Shown here in pieces: positions 37,454 to 50,910 of a stretch of 64,000 nucleotides of DNA. The stretch lies in assembly GCF_036321535.1 (NCBI RefSeq), contig NC_087436.1, positions 68,016,001 through 68,080,000 of the forward strand, read 5' to 3'. The translations under genes were made by a program, and so were the position numbers. Origin of the DNA: Camelus dromedarius. Its lineage: Eukaryota. A model generated the notes under the pieces. That model made no database searches. It worked only from the letters and a program-made list of their open reading frames with translations, and was not told the DNA's origin. How positions within the stretch are numbered: the first letter of the stretch is position 1; each line of letters opens with the position of its first letter.

Positions 37454-39269
37454 AAAATATTTTTATTTGTTCATCAATGAGCTTATACGGACCAACTCAG
37501 CACCTGAAAATCATGTTTAGAATCTTCTTCTGATATTAAGTGCTATTAAAAGACAAACTGAGAAAGATTAAAATTTTCAGGAGTTCATTTGAGCGTAAGT
37601 CAGTTCCAGCTAGGCAGCACCAAAGTGAAAGAGGTTAGGGCACACCAGCCACAGGAGTTAGGGGAGAGGATTTCACTGGGAAGACAGGGAAGCAAAGTGA
37701 GAAGATTCTTCAGCTATAGCTTAAGCATTTGCCTAACTTCGGTGAACCCAGGCTATGACCAGCTGTTCCTAAGTTTCATTTCCTCGGATCCCAGTGCACG
37801 GACTGCGGCCCAGGTTTTGGTTTGCTTACGCAGGCTACTCAGGAGCTAGAGCCAGCACAGTCTAACGGCCTCCTTGTTTCATTACTTTAACAGCTCTCAC
37901 TCCTGAAAAACTAATAAATCAATAACTCAAATGCAATGAATTTAAGGTAGAACTAGCAATAAGATTTTAAATTATAATTGCCTTTTGCAAGTCAAGCATT
38001 CTGGTTTTATTTCCTGGTGTTAACTATAAACAGTTTGATCTCCAAAGCTAAATGCGGAGACCACTAGAATTAACAAGAATATGTTCCTGTTTCCTCAAAT
38101 ACAGAGTGGAATCACTTATTTCACCTCTTTAAGTCACTTAAAACTGTGTGTCAAGGGACCACTGTCTTTCACGCTTGGCAAAGTGGGGCTTGACTGTTCA
38201 GAAACTGTAGGTGGACAACTGTGACTAGCACAAACTAAGTCAGAATAATAATCAAAGTGAAAAATATTTATTACTCTTACAGTAATATGTGTATACGTGC
38301 ATATGTGATTGTGTTTGGGGAGTATGGTTTTAAACAATTGATTACATAACTGAGTTAGTGTTTGTGTTACTAGGCTGATCCTTGTTGCTGTCCTATTTTA
38401 TAGGGAAGTATCATAGAAAATTGTGTGTTGTTTTGATTTTTGGTGAAGTAGATGAAAAGTAAAAAATCCAGACATATATGGATATCCAGACATTTGCTCT
38501 ATACCAAGAAATGAAAATGATGCATACATTCTTAAACAACTTATATACATGAGCAGACTTGCTTAAATTTATTGGTTATTTTATTTCCAACTCAGTGCTT
38601 GCATAAATATTCCTGTCTTGGAATGCAAACTCATGATGTAAGAAAACTATTTTTATCATGTATCTATTTATACTCTGTAAACATCCAAAAGGAAGTGAGA
38701 CTACTGTTTTTTAATTGATTTTTGTATTAAGATATCAATACAATTTGAATCAAGGTCCAAATGAACCTACTTGAACCAGCTTGAACCAAGTTCACATAAG
38801 TACCTGCCATTAATGAGGTAGTGAGAAATAGCACAATGTCTTTTCATTTGCATTATCAATTAAATTAACTCTTTATTCTGAGATCGTGTACACATCAGAA
38901 TACTAGTGACAGAGCAGATATACTGAATGAGAATCTCTAGAAATAAGATCTTGCCATACGTTTTTTTAAAAAACTCCAAAGAGTTGATTCTGAAAGACAT
39001 GATGCTGGGTAAAAATGAAGTAAGTGACATAGACTCAACATCAAGAAGTTTAAAATTTTGCTGAAGAAAGACATTTTAAAACATTTTTTTAATTAAACAG
39101 GACTATATAAATGTGAACTATTCACTCAATAGGAGATAAATTTTAAAACTATTCAAAAAAATGATGAAAAAAATTTCTTCATAATCATTTGTTTTGATAA
39201 CTTTTCTCTGATTATAAAAAAGTCATTACTGAAATGTATAAATAGATTAAAATAAATCAATAAATAGCA

Positions 39270-40610
39270 CAGAAAATAAGAAATGCTAATGCACTGTCGT
39301 TCAGTTCAGTATTTCTATAAATACATATGTGGAGAACTGGTTTGTTTGAATTTTTTATCTCCCTTAACATCATATTATCGTATCAAGAACATTTCCTTTG
39401 GCATTAATTATATTTCAAAAATACTGTAAATTCTGCATTTGTCCATTACGTGGAGGAACTAATAGAAGAGTTTCTGTATTGAAACTCATTTATATTTCTA
39501 AGTCTGGATATTTTAAATAACACAATAACTCTATTTTATGAATATTTGTACATATCTGATTATTTTCTTGTAATACATTTTTTACTGAGTTATAATCATT
39601 TTACAATGTTGTGCCAAATTCCAGTGTAGAGCACAATTTTTCAGTTATACATGAACATATATATATTCATTGTCACATTTTTTTCTCTGTGAGCTACCAC
39701 AAGATCTTGTATATATTTCCCTGTGCTATACAGTATAATCTTGTTTATCTATTCTACATTTTGAAATCCCAGTCTGTCCATTCCCACTCCCCACCCCCTT
39801 GGCAACCACAAGTTTGTATTCTATGTCTATGAGTCTGTTTCTGATTTGTATTTATGTTTTGTTTAGATTTCACATATGAGTGATCTCATGTGGTATTTTT
39901 CTTTCTCTTTCTGGCTTACTTCACTTAGAATGACATTCTCCAGGAGCATCCATGTTGCTGCAAATGGCATTATGTTGTTGGTTTTTATGGCTGAGTAGTA
40001 TTCCATTGTATAAATACACCACTTCTTCTTTATCCAGTCATCTGTTGATGGACATTTAGGCTCTTTCCATGTCTTGGCTATTGTAAATAGTGCTGCTATG
40101 AACATTGGGGTGCAGGTGTCTTTTTGAAGTAGGGTTCCTTCTGGATATATGCCCGGGAGCAGGACTCCTGGGTCATATGGTAAGTCTATTCCTAGTCTTT
40201 TGAGGAATCTCCATACTGTTTTCCACAGTGGTGGCACCAAACTGCACTCCCACTAGCAGTGAAGGAGGGTTCCCTTTTCTCCACAGCCTCTCCAGCATTT
40301 GTCATCTGTGGACTTTTGAATGATGGCCATTCTGACTGTTGTCCTTGTAATACTTTTTGAATGGAATTGAATCAAAGAAATGAAAATATCAAAGCACTCA
40401 TTATATGCTGCCAAATTGTCTTTTAAATATTTTCCCAATCTGCACTCAGATTGGCAGTGTTTGAGAATAACACTGATTATTAACTTTTATATCAGTGACA
40501 ATCAAAAGGAAGGAATGGTATTTGATTGATATTTTAGCTTGTATTCCTCTTCTCACTGATGAGGATTAATTTTTTTCTCATAGATGCTTTAGCTAAAAAT
40601 ATTCTTTATT
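39270..40610 (-). mobile_element. Ancient L1 (L1ME-like) remnant hosting a younger L1
   Basis: 'tatgaatatttgtacat…attattttcttg' resumes as 'gaatggaattgaatcaaag…tgccaaattg…ccaatctgcactc…ggcagtgtttgaga' across the insert. Confidence 0.55.
39577..40343 (-). mobile_element. Young 5'-truncated LINE-1 (ORF2 C-terminus + 3'UTR)
   Basis: ORF 39863-40240 ([11 protein letters not shown]…KYHMRSLICEI). TSD CTTGTAATAC at 39567-39576 and 40344-40353. Very similar to the 3' end of the 17.2-kb L1. Confidence 0.97.
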
Positions 40611-42169
40611 CATTAGCAAGAATAAAGTTAAAGGAAAATATTAAGGAAAATTTATCAGTGTTTCAGTTTGGCAAACTTTAGAACATAGCTGATATGCATA
40701 GATTTGTTTTTCTGAATCAAAACTAAGTAGAACATAAAATTTTTGGTCATTGGTTTGGTATTTGGCAGGTTAAAAGAAATGTATACATTAATTCTCACGA
40801 AACATTGAAAGTCTCTTCAACTGGCTGAAGAGACATCTCAGAGTTTTAAAATTTATGTGGAACCTGTAACAGAACATTTTAATTAGTCAAGCCTAAGTGA
40901 CACAGAAATATATGGAACTGGCAGTAATCTGGTTGCGGAATGATTGAGCAGTTGTGGGTGAAACAAGTTAAAGAGGATAATCAACATTAATGTTAATTTT
41001 TTTTTTTTTAACATTAATGGCTCCTTAGTTCAAAGCTTCAGAGCTTCCAGGTGTCCATCCAGATGCCACACATTAAAATGGCCCTTTGGTGCACACGGAG
41101 TCACTCATGCAGGGCACAGAATAGCAAGTGGCATGGAAAATTATCCTTACAGTAAAGGCATGGAAGGGATTGCTTCAGTTTGCATATCTTTGACACTCAT
41201 AAGGATTGGCCCCTTCCAACTTCAAAATTTCTTTAAATTTCAAAAGCCATTAAGTGTGATCAATTTTTAAGGAAAAAAAAACACTTCATTTGTATTCCAC
41301 AATCTTCAAATCGACAGACTGATCCTATAAACACTGCAACAATAAGGTAGTGCGTTATTACACACAGACACACACACACACATTCATAAAGCAAATCACA
41401 CTTTCTCACCACTGAAAACTATAAACATAAAACACCTAATACTAAGCTGACTGGGTTTTAATTCTGTCCTCAGTAGACCAGAATTGAAAACAGGGATTCA
41501 AATGCAGGTCAAAATGGAAGGATTTGACTTGATTGGCCTGAACAGCCTCACTGTACAACATTAGCCCTTCCATTACCATCTAACAGAATGACTATCCCAA
41601 TGCACATTTAACACCTTATGAAATAACTGTAATCATACGAAGGCGTTTTCAAAATCAGCAGCCACATTACACAGAATTGATCTCATGCTTTTGGGTTTGA
41701 GGATGTCAACTAATAGAGTATACTTTTGTCTAAATATTTTAGAAATGGCCTCTTTCTGGCCAATTTCTAAAGTGAATGATGAGTACAAATGGGAATTACA
41801 GGTGGAAAACTTGAAAAAAAAAACATACAGAAGAAACTCAGACTAAAAATTTATGTGTATTAAGACTACCTTCAACAACCCATAATGCCACTGTCATATT
41901 GTGGGGCTTATTTACAGCCAGTTCTGACAGGATTGTTTATTAAATGTTTGAGAAACACTGGGTGGTATTATTTCCATTTACATTACTTAACTTTCTGCAC
42001 CTGAAATTTGTGTTGGCCTCTGATATAACTGGCTCAGCTCTGTTCCCTGTTTCTTACAATTAAAAAACTTTAGTCCTCTGACCTTGCTCTGTTCAGTTTA
42101 TCAGAATGGGTTACATGCCCTTCTGTAACCCTTTCTTCCCTTAAAGTAAAATCCAAGTGTCCATAGCTC

Positions 42170-42530
42170 TAACTCCACTCATGGGCTAACAGCTTCCCTG
42201 TTGACCAGGCTCAGACACGCTGGTCTTCTTTCTGCTCATCAAATATGGTCCTGCCCTGTATCTTCTCTGCTTTCTGACTAGAACACTCTTTCCTTAGACC
42301 TTCACATGGCTGACTATGAATTTCATTCAGGTCTCAGCCCTTTAGAAAAGACATCATTGATCACTGTCTTTAAAAAGGCCTCTTTCCCCATTTCATCCCA
42401 CTACTCTCTTGTCCCACCGCTATCTTACATCTTCCTATAGTATTTATAATTCTCTGAAATTATCCCCATTATTTGTGTCCCTGGTTAGTCCATACTGGAT
42501 TTTGCTGTTATTCCCACTTAGAACAAGAAC
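42170..42530 (+). mobile_element. L2 fragment
   Basis: 'ctgactagaacactctttccttagaccttcacatggctgact…tcattcaggtctcagc'. Confidence 0.65.
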
Positions 42531-43854
42531 AGTGATTTTTGTGAGATTTTTAACCTCTGTGGATAATCTGTGTGAACACACTGAATCTGTGCTACTTCTC
42601 AGGTGATAATAAAACCTCTTTTATGACCCCATAGAATACATGCCAGATGGAACTTAAGGAGAATTGTGTTCATGTAGTAGAAAAGATTTTACAAAGTACA
42701 CTATGTACCTTGGACTATATAAAGCTAGGGAAATATGCCTGTTATCAATAATTTGTATCTTCTGAATCCTTATTTGAAGAAGAAAAAGAAAAAAAAGTAT
42801 TATCAATGGAACATGACCTCCTGGAAACAAGGCTGGAAAAGGGATTCACAGCACAGGTAGAAGGCCTGATTTTGGAAACTAACAAAGATACACTTCTTTA
42901 GGACAAGGAGAGAAAGAAGGGGCAAAAATTCTTCAGGACAAGGAAACAACCAGAGGCAGCGATGGGCATGTAGCTACCGAGATGACAGGGTAGCAGAAGA
43001 TGGAGGATAGTGGAAATTAAGGGAGGCCTGAGGGATGGAAACTGAAGGTTAAAAAAAGAGATGCTAAAACACAGTGGCCTTATGATTGTTGCAAATAAAA
43101 GATCACACCCAACACTTAGTAACTACTGTGACTATTTAAGAGCAAAGTGTCCATGTTTAAGGATTGGTTTATTAAGTATATTAAAAGATAAGTGTGTGCT
43201 CTTTATTTCAAAGACAGCAGCTATCCACACCTGGAGTAAGTCTCTTCAGGGATACTTACATTAGTCCTACTTGCAGCCACAAAAACTACAAATAGAGTCA
43301 CAAAAGGAAATAGCCAGCATCCAATAAGCTCCTTTGTAAATTCACCTTACTTAAAGGGGTGGCCAAAGGCTCATCTATTATCACATTTGTCCTCCCAGTA
43401 ATACACAGCACTGCTGTCCTTATAAAACCTCAAGGGACACTGAGATGTAGAGAGTTAAATGGCCCTCCTCGGGTTACACAGTTATTGGCGTGACTAGTGA
43501 CCAATCAGCCAGCAGCTGGCATCCTGCCTCTCAGACTGGTGATTTGGACCTGCCTATATTTTGTGGATATATTATCAGCATGCTTTATTTACTGTTACAA
43601 ACACACTATTTTTGTTAAAATTCAATTTCATTGTAAGGAAAAAAACACACTTAAAGGAAAATTTTATAAGATCCTTTTGCTTACAACAGACTTTTATTAT
43701 GAGAAAAATGTGCTTCTTAAAACCAAAATGTTAAAAAACTTTCAAGTTGAGAATGTCACTAGTTACACTGTATATAACCCTAAATGATTTTTCATCTTTT
43801 ATATCTGACCATCAAAGCAAAAAAAAAAATGCTTTAAATCCAAGCATTAATTAT

Positions 43855-45927
43855 TTCTTTCTTAACAGCATATGATAGATATAATATACAGTAAGCTATA
43901 TATTTAAAGTTTACAGCTTAATCAGATTTGAATATGTATAAACCTGTGAATTCATCACCATTATCAAGGAAATTAATTTATCCATCACCCTCAAAAGTTT
44001 CCTCTGCCCTTTTGTAATCCCCCCTCCTGCCTTTCCTGGTCACATCCCCATTTCCAGCCAATGGTTGCATTGATACACTGTATGCCACTACAGACTAGTT
44101 TGCATTTTATAGAATTTTATATAAATGAAATAATAGCATATACTCATTTGTGTGGCTTCTAAAATTCTGCATAATTAATGTAAGACTTATACATATATTT
44201 GCATGTATCAATTTATCCTTTTTATTGGTGTGTAGTATTACATTGAATGGAAATATCACAACTTATTTAACCATTCATTTGCTGATAGATGTTTGGGGTG
44301 CTTCCAGATTTTTAGCTATTACAAGTTAAGTTTCTGAATGCTTGAGTACGTGTATTTGGATGGACATGTGTCTTCATTTATCTTGAATAAATATCAAGGA
44401 TTGAATAACTGCATCATATGATAGGTGTATGTCTAACTTTCAGAAAGTGCCAAACTATTTTTCAGAGTGTCTGTACCATTTTAATCTCCATCAGCAGAGT
44501 ATGAGAATTACTATTCCTTCACATCCTTTTCAAATTATGTGGTATCTAAGAACTCTTTTACTAAAAAGAGATCACAAAGATCTTTGTCCTAGGTTTTCTC
44601 CTAGAACTTTTTAGTTTTACGTTCTACATTAAAATGTATAATCCAATTTCAGTCAATTTTTGTATATTGTGTGAGGTATGAAGTGTGTTTTTCTTTTGCA
44701 TATATATGTGTTTCAGCATCATTTGTTGAAAACACTAACACTTACCTGCTGAATTTTTAAAAAATTTTTGTCAGTAATCAGTTGTTCATACATGTGTGTG
44801 TATCTGGAATCTCTTCTCTATTCTATTGACCTGTTTGCCTGTCTTTATGCCAGTCTCACACTGTCTTGATTAATGTAGCTTTATAATGAGTCCTGAAATC
44901 AGGGAGTGCTCTTCCTCCAGCTTTGAGATCTGTTTTCAAAGTTGTTTTGTCACTTTCCTTCCTCTGCATTCTCATATATTTTAGAATCAACTTATCAATT
45001 TTTAACCCCTAGAAAAGTGACTTCTAGGATTTTGGGGGGGATTGTGTTTTTGGTTAATAACGGATTAATAGATAATTAAAGATTAATTTAACCCATGAAC
45101 AGGGTATGTCTCTCCTTTCATTTAGGTCTTCATTGACTTTTCTCAGCAATGCCTTACAGTTTTCAATGTACATATATTTTATACCTTTTGTCAGATTTAT
45201 CCGTAAGTTTTTTTTTTGATGCTGTGGTAAATGGTATTACTTTATAATTCCAACTTCTAATTGTTCATTGCTGGTATACAGAAATACAGTTGATTTTTGT
45301 ATATTGATCTCATATCTTATAACCTTGCTAAAATCAATAATTAATAATTATAAATTTGTAAATTCCATTAGCTTTTTTATATACACAATCATTTCATCTG
45401 CAGATAAAGATAGCTTTTATTTCTTTCTTTCCAGGTGAATTTTAGTCTTTTACTTGAATGACTGAACTGACTTGAGCTTCCAGTACAATGTTGAATAGAA
45501 GTGGTGAAATCATGTCTTTCTTAATCTTGGGGAAAAGCACTGTCTTTTACCATTAAGTGTGATTTTAGCTGTAGGTTTTTCATTGCTGCCTTTTATCAGG
45601 TAGAGATTTCCTTCTATTCCTAGTTTACCACGTGCTTTTGTCAGGAAGGGATATTAAAATTTATTAAATATTGTTCTGTATCAATTGGGGTAACAATATG
45701 ATTCTTCTCTTTTACTGACTTAAGTTATACTGATTGGCTATTTTAAATATTAAACTGATCTTGTATTCCAGAGATAAATTCCACTTGGTCATCAGTTAAT
45801 ATTCTTTCATATATTATTGGATTTGATTTCCTAATACTTTGTTTAGAATATTTACATCTGTGTCCTGAGGTATACTGGTCCATAGTTACCTTCCTTGTAG
45901 TATCTTTTTTATGGTTTTGGTATCAGA
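43855..45927 (-). mobile_element. Old LINE-1 (L1MB/L1MC-type), 3'UTR plus ORF2 RT-to-C-terminal region, with internal gap
   Basis: 3'UTR 'tccatcaccctcaaaagtttcctc' and ORF2 blocks 'cagtacaatgttgaatagaagtggtga', 'aaattccacttggtcat', 'ggttttggtatcag', colinear with the younger L1 in this window. Homology jumps near 44535. Confidence 0.9.
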
Positions 45928-46029
45928 ATTTCAAGAATACCATGGTAGCTCAGAAAAGCATCAGTGGGACATGAATTCACATATTTTATAGCAGCCCCAT
46001 ATTATGTGTAAGCCATTATAAAAATGCAA

Positions 46030-46500
46030 ACTTTTACTCTAAGAAAGATGAGAATTCATTTTGGGGTTTTGAAAAGAAAAGTATATGATCTGCCTTATGT
46101 TTTAAAACATTGATTCTATACTCACAGGAGGATATAGAGAGAGTAAAATGATATATATGGACAGGTAAGTGGAGAGGTTATTATAACACTCTAGATGAGA
46201 GATGATGGGACTTGGACTTGGGTAGTAACAATGGATGAGTGAGACATAATCAGATTCTGATTGCATGTTCAAAGCAGAGTTGACAATATTTATGGATAGA
46301 CAGTATAACAAAACACAGGGGTCAAGGTGGGGTCATTATTTGTAAACTGAGTGGTTTAAATAAAGTAGCCGCCATTAAGGACTTAGATCTAGTCCAAACT
46401 ACCCACAAGAATTTAGCCTGTAGATGGTATTTAAAACAGTAAAACTGTATGAGATCAGCTCAGTTTGTGAGCAGAGATAAAGAGGAATTCTAAGGATCTG
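46030..46500 (-). mobile_element. L2 fragment
   Basis: 'tatgatctgccttatgttttaaaacattgattct…gatgagagatgatgggacttggact…ggtagtaacaatgga'. Confidence 0.7.
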
Positions 46501-47430
46501 TCCCTGATGACCCTGATCTGTCCCCAAGAGTCCAGACACATTGTGAGAGTTTTTTGTATGTTATTTTGTGGCCATTAATAGTGTTTTAATCTGTAACTTT
46601 GAGACTGCATTAACCATACATCAACATTGACTCAGGAGATACCAAAGAAACAAGTCAACATAACATTTTCAACATCTATTCTTTTGTCAGGAATTATTCT
46701 TACTTGCAGCTGCAGTGTGTGTGTCATGCGCTACATTTAGATTCTGAACACTTTGCAGTGTTGCTAGCTGAATATCAAGAGTGAAGTTTTTGTTGACTTA
46801 TGACTCATTAGATATTTCTGGTTACATGTGATCTTTGAAAAAGGTGGTCTTCCTTTCTGCCAGTCATGATAGTAACTGTGATATTCAGGTTCTAATTACC
46901 AATCACATGATAGGTCACTGAACAGGGTAAACAAATCTGGCAGCTAAAATGAAAATCAAAGTATTATTCAAGTTAAATAAATAGTCTCTTTATTATATAC
47001 AAGTACAATAATAATACCTACTATGGTGAGCAACTCTCTTTATATCGGAGTGAAATATAGAGAACAGATATTTCAAGTTTCAGGCAGTATTCTGTTGCTC
47101 AGTCACTTTAAAAGACAAAGCTAACAAACTCTATCAATGTCGTTTGTCTCAAACACACCCAACTGAGAAAAGACCTCCTTTTTTTAATTTACTTGCCCTG
47201 AATTCTAAAATTCATAAAAATAGTGCATTTGAGAAGAGCAACATTCACACTATTGTCTAAGTAAATCAAGACACTGGGAGACTTATTTTTAAGTAGAAAA
47301 CATTTTAAAGTATTTGGGTACTAATTTTTCAAATTGAAAGTGATGGTATTTATTAGTCAGAGATGACCACAGGGAAATGTAGTGACGGCCATAAAACTCT
47401 ACTTCATTACATTTGCATGATTTTTCTAGT

Positions 47431-47603
47431 TAGTATTTCTCAAAGTATTGTCTCTTGACTTGACCTGGCAATTCTTTAGAAATAGACAGTGTTAGGTCCA
47501 CTCCAGTTACTGAATCAGTAACTCAGGGGACAGAATGCTGCAACCTGTGTTTTAACAAGCCCTTTAAGTGATTTTGATTTACGTTAAAGTTGGAGAACCA
47601 CTG
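47431..47603. mobile_element. MER5A-like hAT-Charlie element
   Basis: 'tactgaatcagtaactc…ctgtgttttaacaagccc…gtgatt…aaagttggagaaccactg', with 'tagtatttctcaaagt' as the other TIR. Confidence 0.8.
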
Positions 47604-49134
47604 ATATAGATCAAACATGGAAGAAGAAGGAGAAGAAAAAAGAGGAGGAGGAGACAGAAAAGAAGATCATCCGGTATTAATGAAAACCTTATGTGAACTA
47701 GGTACTGTACTAGGTACTTCACACGTGTTTTGGATTTTACAATAATTTTGCAAGGTAGCTATTGTTATCCCAATTTAACAACAAGGGAATTCTGTCTCAT
47801 ACAGGTTGAAATAAAAAATTTTTAAATTGTTTCACTCTTCCAAAAATGGTCATGTTTTTCTTATTGTAAAGATTGTTAATTTTGAGGGGGAAAAATTGAT
47901 TAGATGAGTTTCAAATCTCTAAAACATAGGAAAGCAGAAGCATTTTCTGATGCAAATAAATTATCAGAAGAATTTTTCTGGGCTGTTAAATTTTTATAAT
48001 CAAGTGTCAACTTAATTCAGTGATATGTTGTGTAAAATACTGAAATTAAGATATCAACCTTATGCAGTCAACAAAAATCAGAAGCCAGTAGCAATAATAT
48101 TTGCATGACATGATCATCTTTATTTTCAGTGAAAGGACAAAAATTTAAAAAGTGAGAATATATAACAAATCTGTTGGTGAAAGAAGAAACTCAAAGACTT
48201 TTTAAGTGCATCTTTTTTAAAAAATATTTTCAGACAAACATAGTGGGTATAGATTAACTTCTCCTTAGAAGAAGTATATAAAGAAAAAAATATAAGACTG
48301 CACTTCTGAAAGAACACTCACTTGGAATAGTAACAGAGAAAATGGGGCCACAGAATGTCCATGGCATCTAAAAATGCCACAAACATTCAATAACCAGTTT
48401 TGCTCCAGTCTATCAATGTCACTTATGACTTGACTCTCAGTAAAAATAAGGACATAATCCCTTTCAAAAAAGGCAATTCCTTTACAAATTTTCTGCCTAT
48501 GATGTATTTCCTGGTATTCCACAGCTAATTCACCCCTAGATGAAGTAGATCTCCAAGTGTGCTAATGTAACTACAATGCTGGAAAGCTCTTTTGAAAAAA
48601 TAATTCATTTGAGTAACATCTGGCTTCAATATATATTTTTCCTTTCTGAATCATTTTTAATAATAATAATAACAGAAATAACTGTTAGAGGTTTCCCTGC
48701 TCACCAACTGTTACTAAACAAATCACAGAAAGCCTGTATACATGAATACAGGTCACGGCTTGGAGTAGAATGCAGAAATAATATTCAAGTGAACGGATGC
48801 AGAGGATGTACATCTAAGAAAGGAAACATTTTGGCAGAAAAGCCATAATCGATTGTGCCAGAAATATTTGGAAACATTCTCCACAGTTTTCTGACTTCAT
48901 GTGTTGGCTTAGAGAAATAACTTGAATCAAATATTATCAAATACATTAAAATGCACCAAGGAAACCAACACTTCATTACAGGTTAAACATATGTTTTCTC
49001 TTAAATCTTCATTTTTGTAGTCTTAGCTGGGAACAAACCTCAAGACCCTAAAACAAATCTATAGAACAGGAATAAGTAACTGAATTCCTGTGAGCCTCTT
49101 TTCATCACTTTCTGTCTTTTGAAAAGTAATTTAA

Positions 49135-49468
49135 GGGGGCAGGGAGGGATGAATAGGCAGAACACAGAGGATTTTTAGGCAATGTAACTATCCCATGTAA
49201 CCCTGCAATGGTAGACGCATGCCATCATATATCTGCCCAAACTCAGAGAATGTGCAACCCCACAGAGTGAACTCTAATGTAAACTGTGAAATTTGAGCAA
49301 TAATAATGCCAATTCACGTACATCGACTGTAGCAAATGTACCACAATGGTACAGGATGTCCCTTAGGAGAGTCTGTATATGTGTGGGGACAGGGGATATA
49401 TGGGAACTCTCTGTATGTTTCACTAAAACTGCTCTAAAAAACAAACCTTATTAACTTAAAGGAAAAAA
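49135..49468 (+). mobile_element. L1MC-type 3'UTR end
   Basis: 'gggatgaataggcagaacacagaggatttttaggcaatg…gtgaactctaatgtaaact…aaaactgctctaaaaa'. Confidence 0.85.
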
Positions 49469-49849
49469 GTACAAGTATTTAAAGACAAAAGTATGAAGTT
49501 AAGACAGTTTATACAAAATATGTTTTGATAATATCTATACTTTCTAAACAATATTTTCTAACTTTATTTAAAATGTATATGTATGTAAATTCAGTAATTT
49601 AAAAAACCCATTTAAAAGAAAAAATACTTGGCACCTGTTCTATGCCAAGTACCATCCAGGATACTAAAGAGTCACTGATGAGTTAGATGGGGCCATAGCT
49701 ACTATGAAGCAAATATATTTCTGGGTGGATTAATCAAAGAAATATAAACAGTGGGTAAATGGTGACTCCATTAACTTTTGATTTGCTTGTCTTGTTTTAC
49801 TTTAAAATATTCAAGACATATCTCATATATATAAATCACATAAAGATAA

Positions 49850-50910
49850 TAGACATTATTTTTCACAGGTTTCTCCTTCTCTATGTTGTCCTTTAAATTT
49901 TGGTGTTCTACAGGTTCCCATGCTAGGCCATCTTCTCTGAATGATCTCCTTATACCATTTAGCTTTAATTATCTATTAAATGCTGATGGCTTTCAGAACC
50001 ACCTCTCCAGGTAAGACCTACCTCCCATTAAGGAAAACCTGTTGGTGCCTCCAACACCTGTATATCCTTGGCATATCTTCTTACTGCCAGAATCTGTGCC
50101 TCTGCCTGAGGGCGGATTTTGCTGGCAGGAGCAGGAGAGAGTCCTGCATGCAGGTTAGGCCACAAGTATGATGAGCTAGTTCCCAGGACACAGCCTCAAC
50201 CAAGCACAGACCTTTCAATTCTAACTTTTCAGTATCTCCCATATCTGCTCATTTCTATGTTACCAAGACCTATAACTTAGTTTAGGCTCTAATCATTATT
50301 GATAAACTGCAGCAATTGGTTTCCCTATAGAAGATCATTTATCAGTATCATACCTCCTTCAATCTTACACAAGCACCAATATATACATCCTAGCATGACA
50401 CTGATCATAGGGAAGAAAGAATGGAAGGAAGTAAGGAAGGGAGGGAGAAAGAGAGAGGGAGGAAGGAAGACAGGCAGGAAGGAAGGCAAAAAAAAAAAGT
50501 TTATCAGTAATCTGCTTAAAACCAAACAATAATTGTACACTGCCTGCTTTTAGGATAAAATTCAAGTTCCATGAGCATGGCATGCAAACTGTTTGCACTC
50601 TTTCATCAACAAATATTTCAAGCCTCATCCATCCACTTGACACCATAATCATACTGAATGCTATGCAATTCACAGAATACTCCATGCTGTCCTTTACCTC
50701 AATGCTTTCAAAGACTTTGTCCTAAGTACCTAAAATAAAAGAGAGTGGGGGCCGCACCCTCTTTTTTTGAGCTAACTCATCAATTTAGACTCAATTATAA
50801 TGTGACCTACTTAAGGACAACTTTTCTGATTCACTTCAAATCCAAAGGCCAGCTTAGGTGTGCTTTATGGGTTTTCCCGTATTGTGCCACATGCAGGACA
50901 CTGAGCAAGA
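49850..50910 (+). mobile_element. L2 fragments interrupted by a purine-rich repeat
   Basis: 'ttagctttaattatctattaaatgctgatggct' and 'ttaggataaaattcaagttcc…catggcatgcaa', with a GGAA tract at 50410-50498. Confidence 0.6.
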
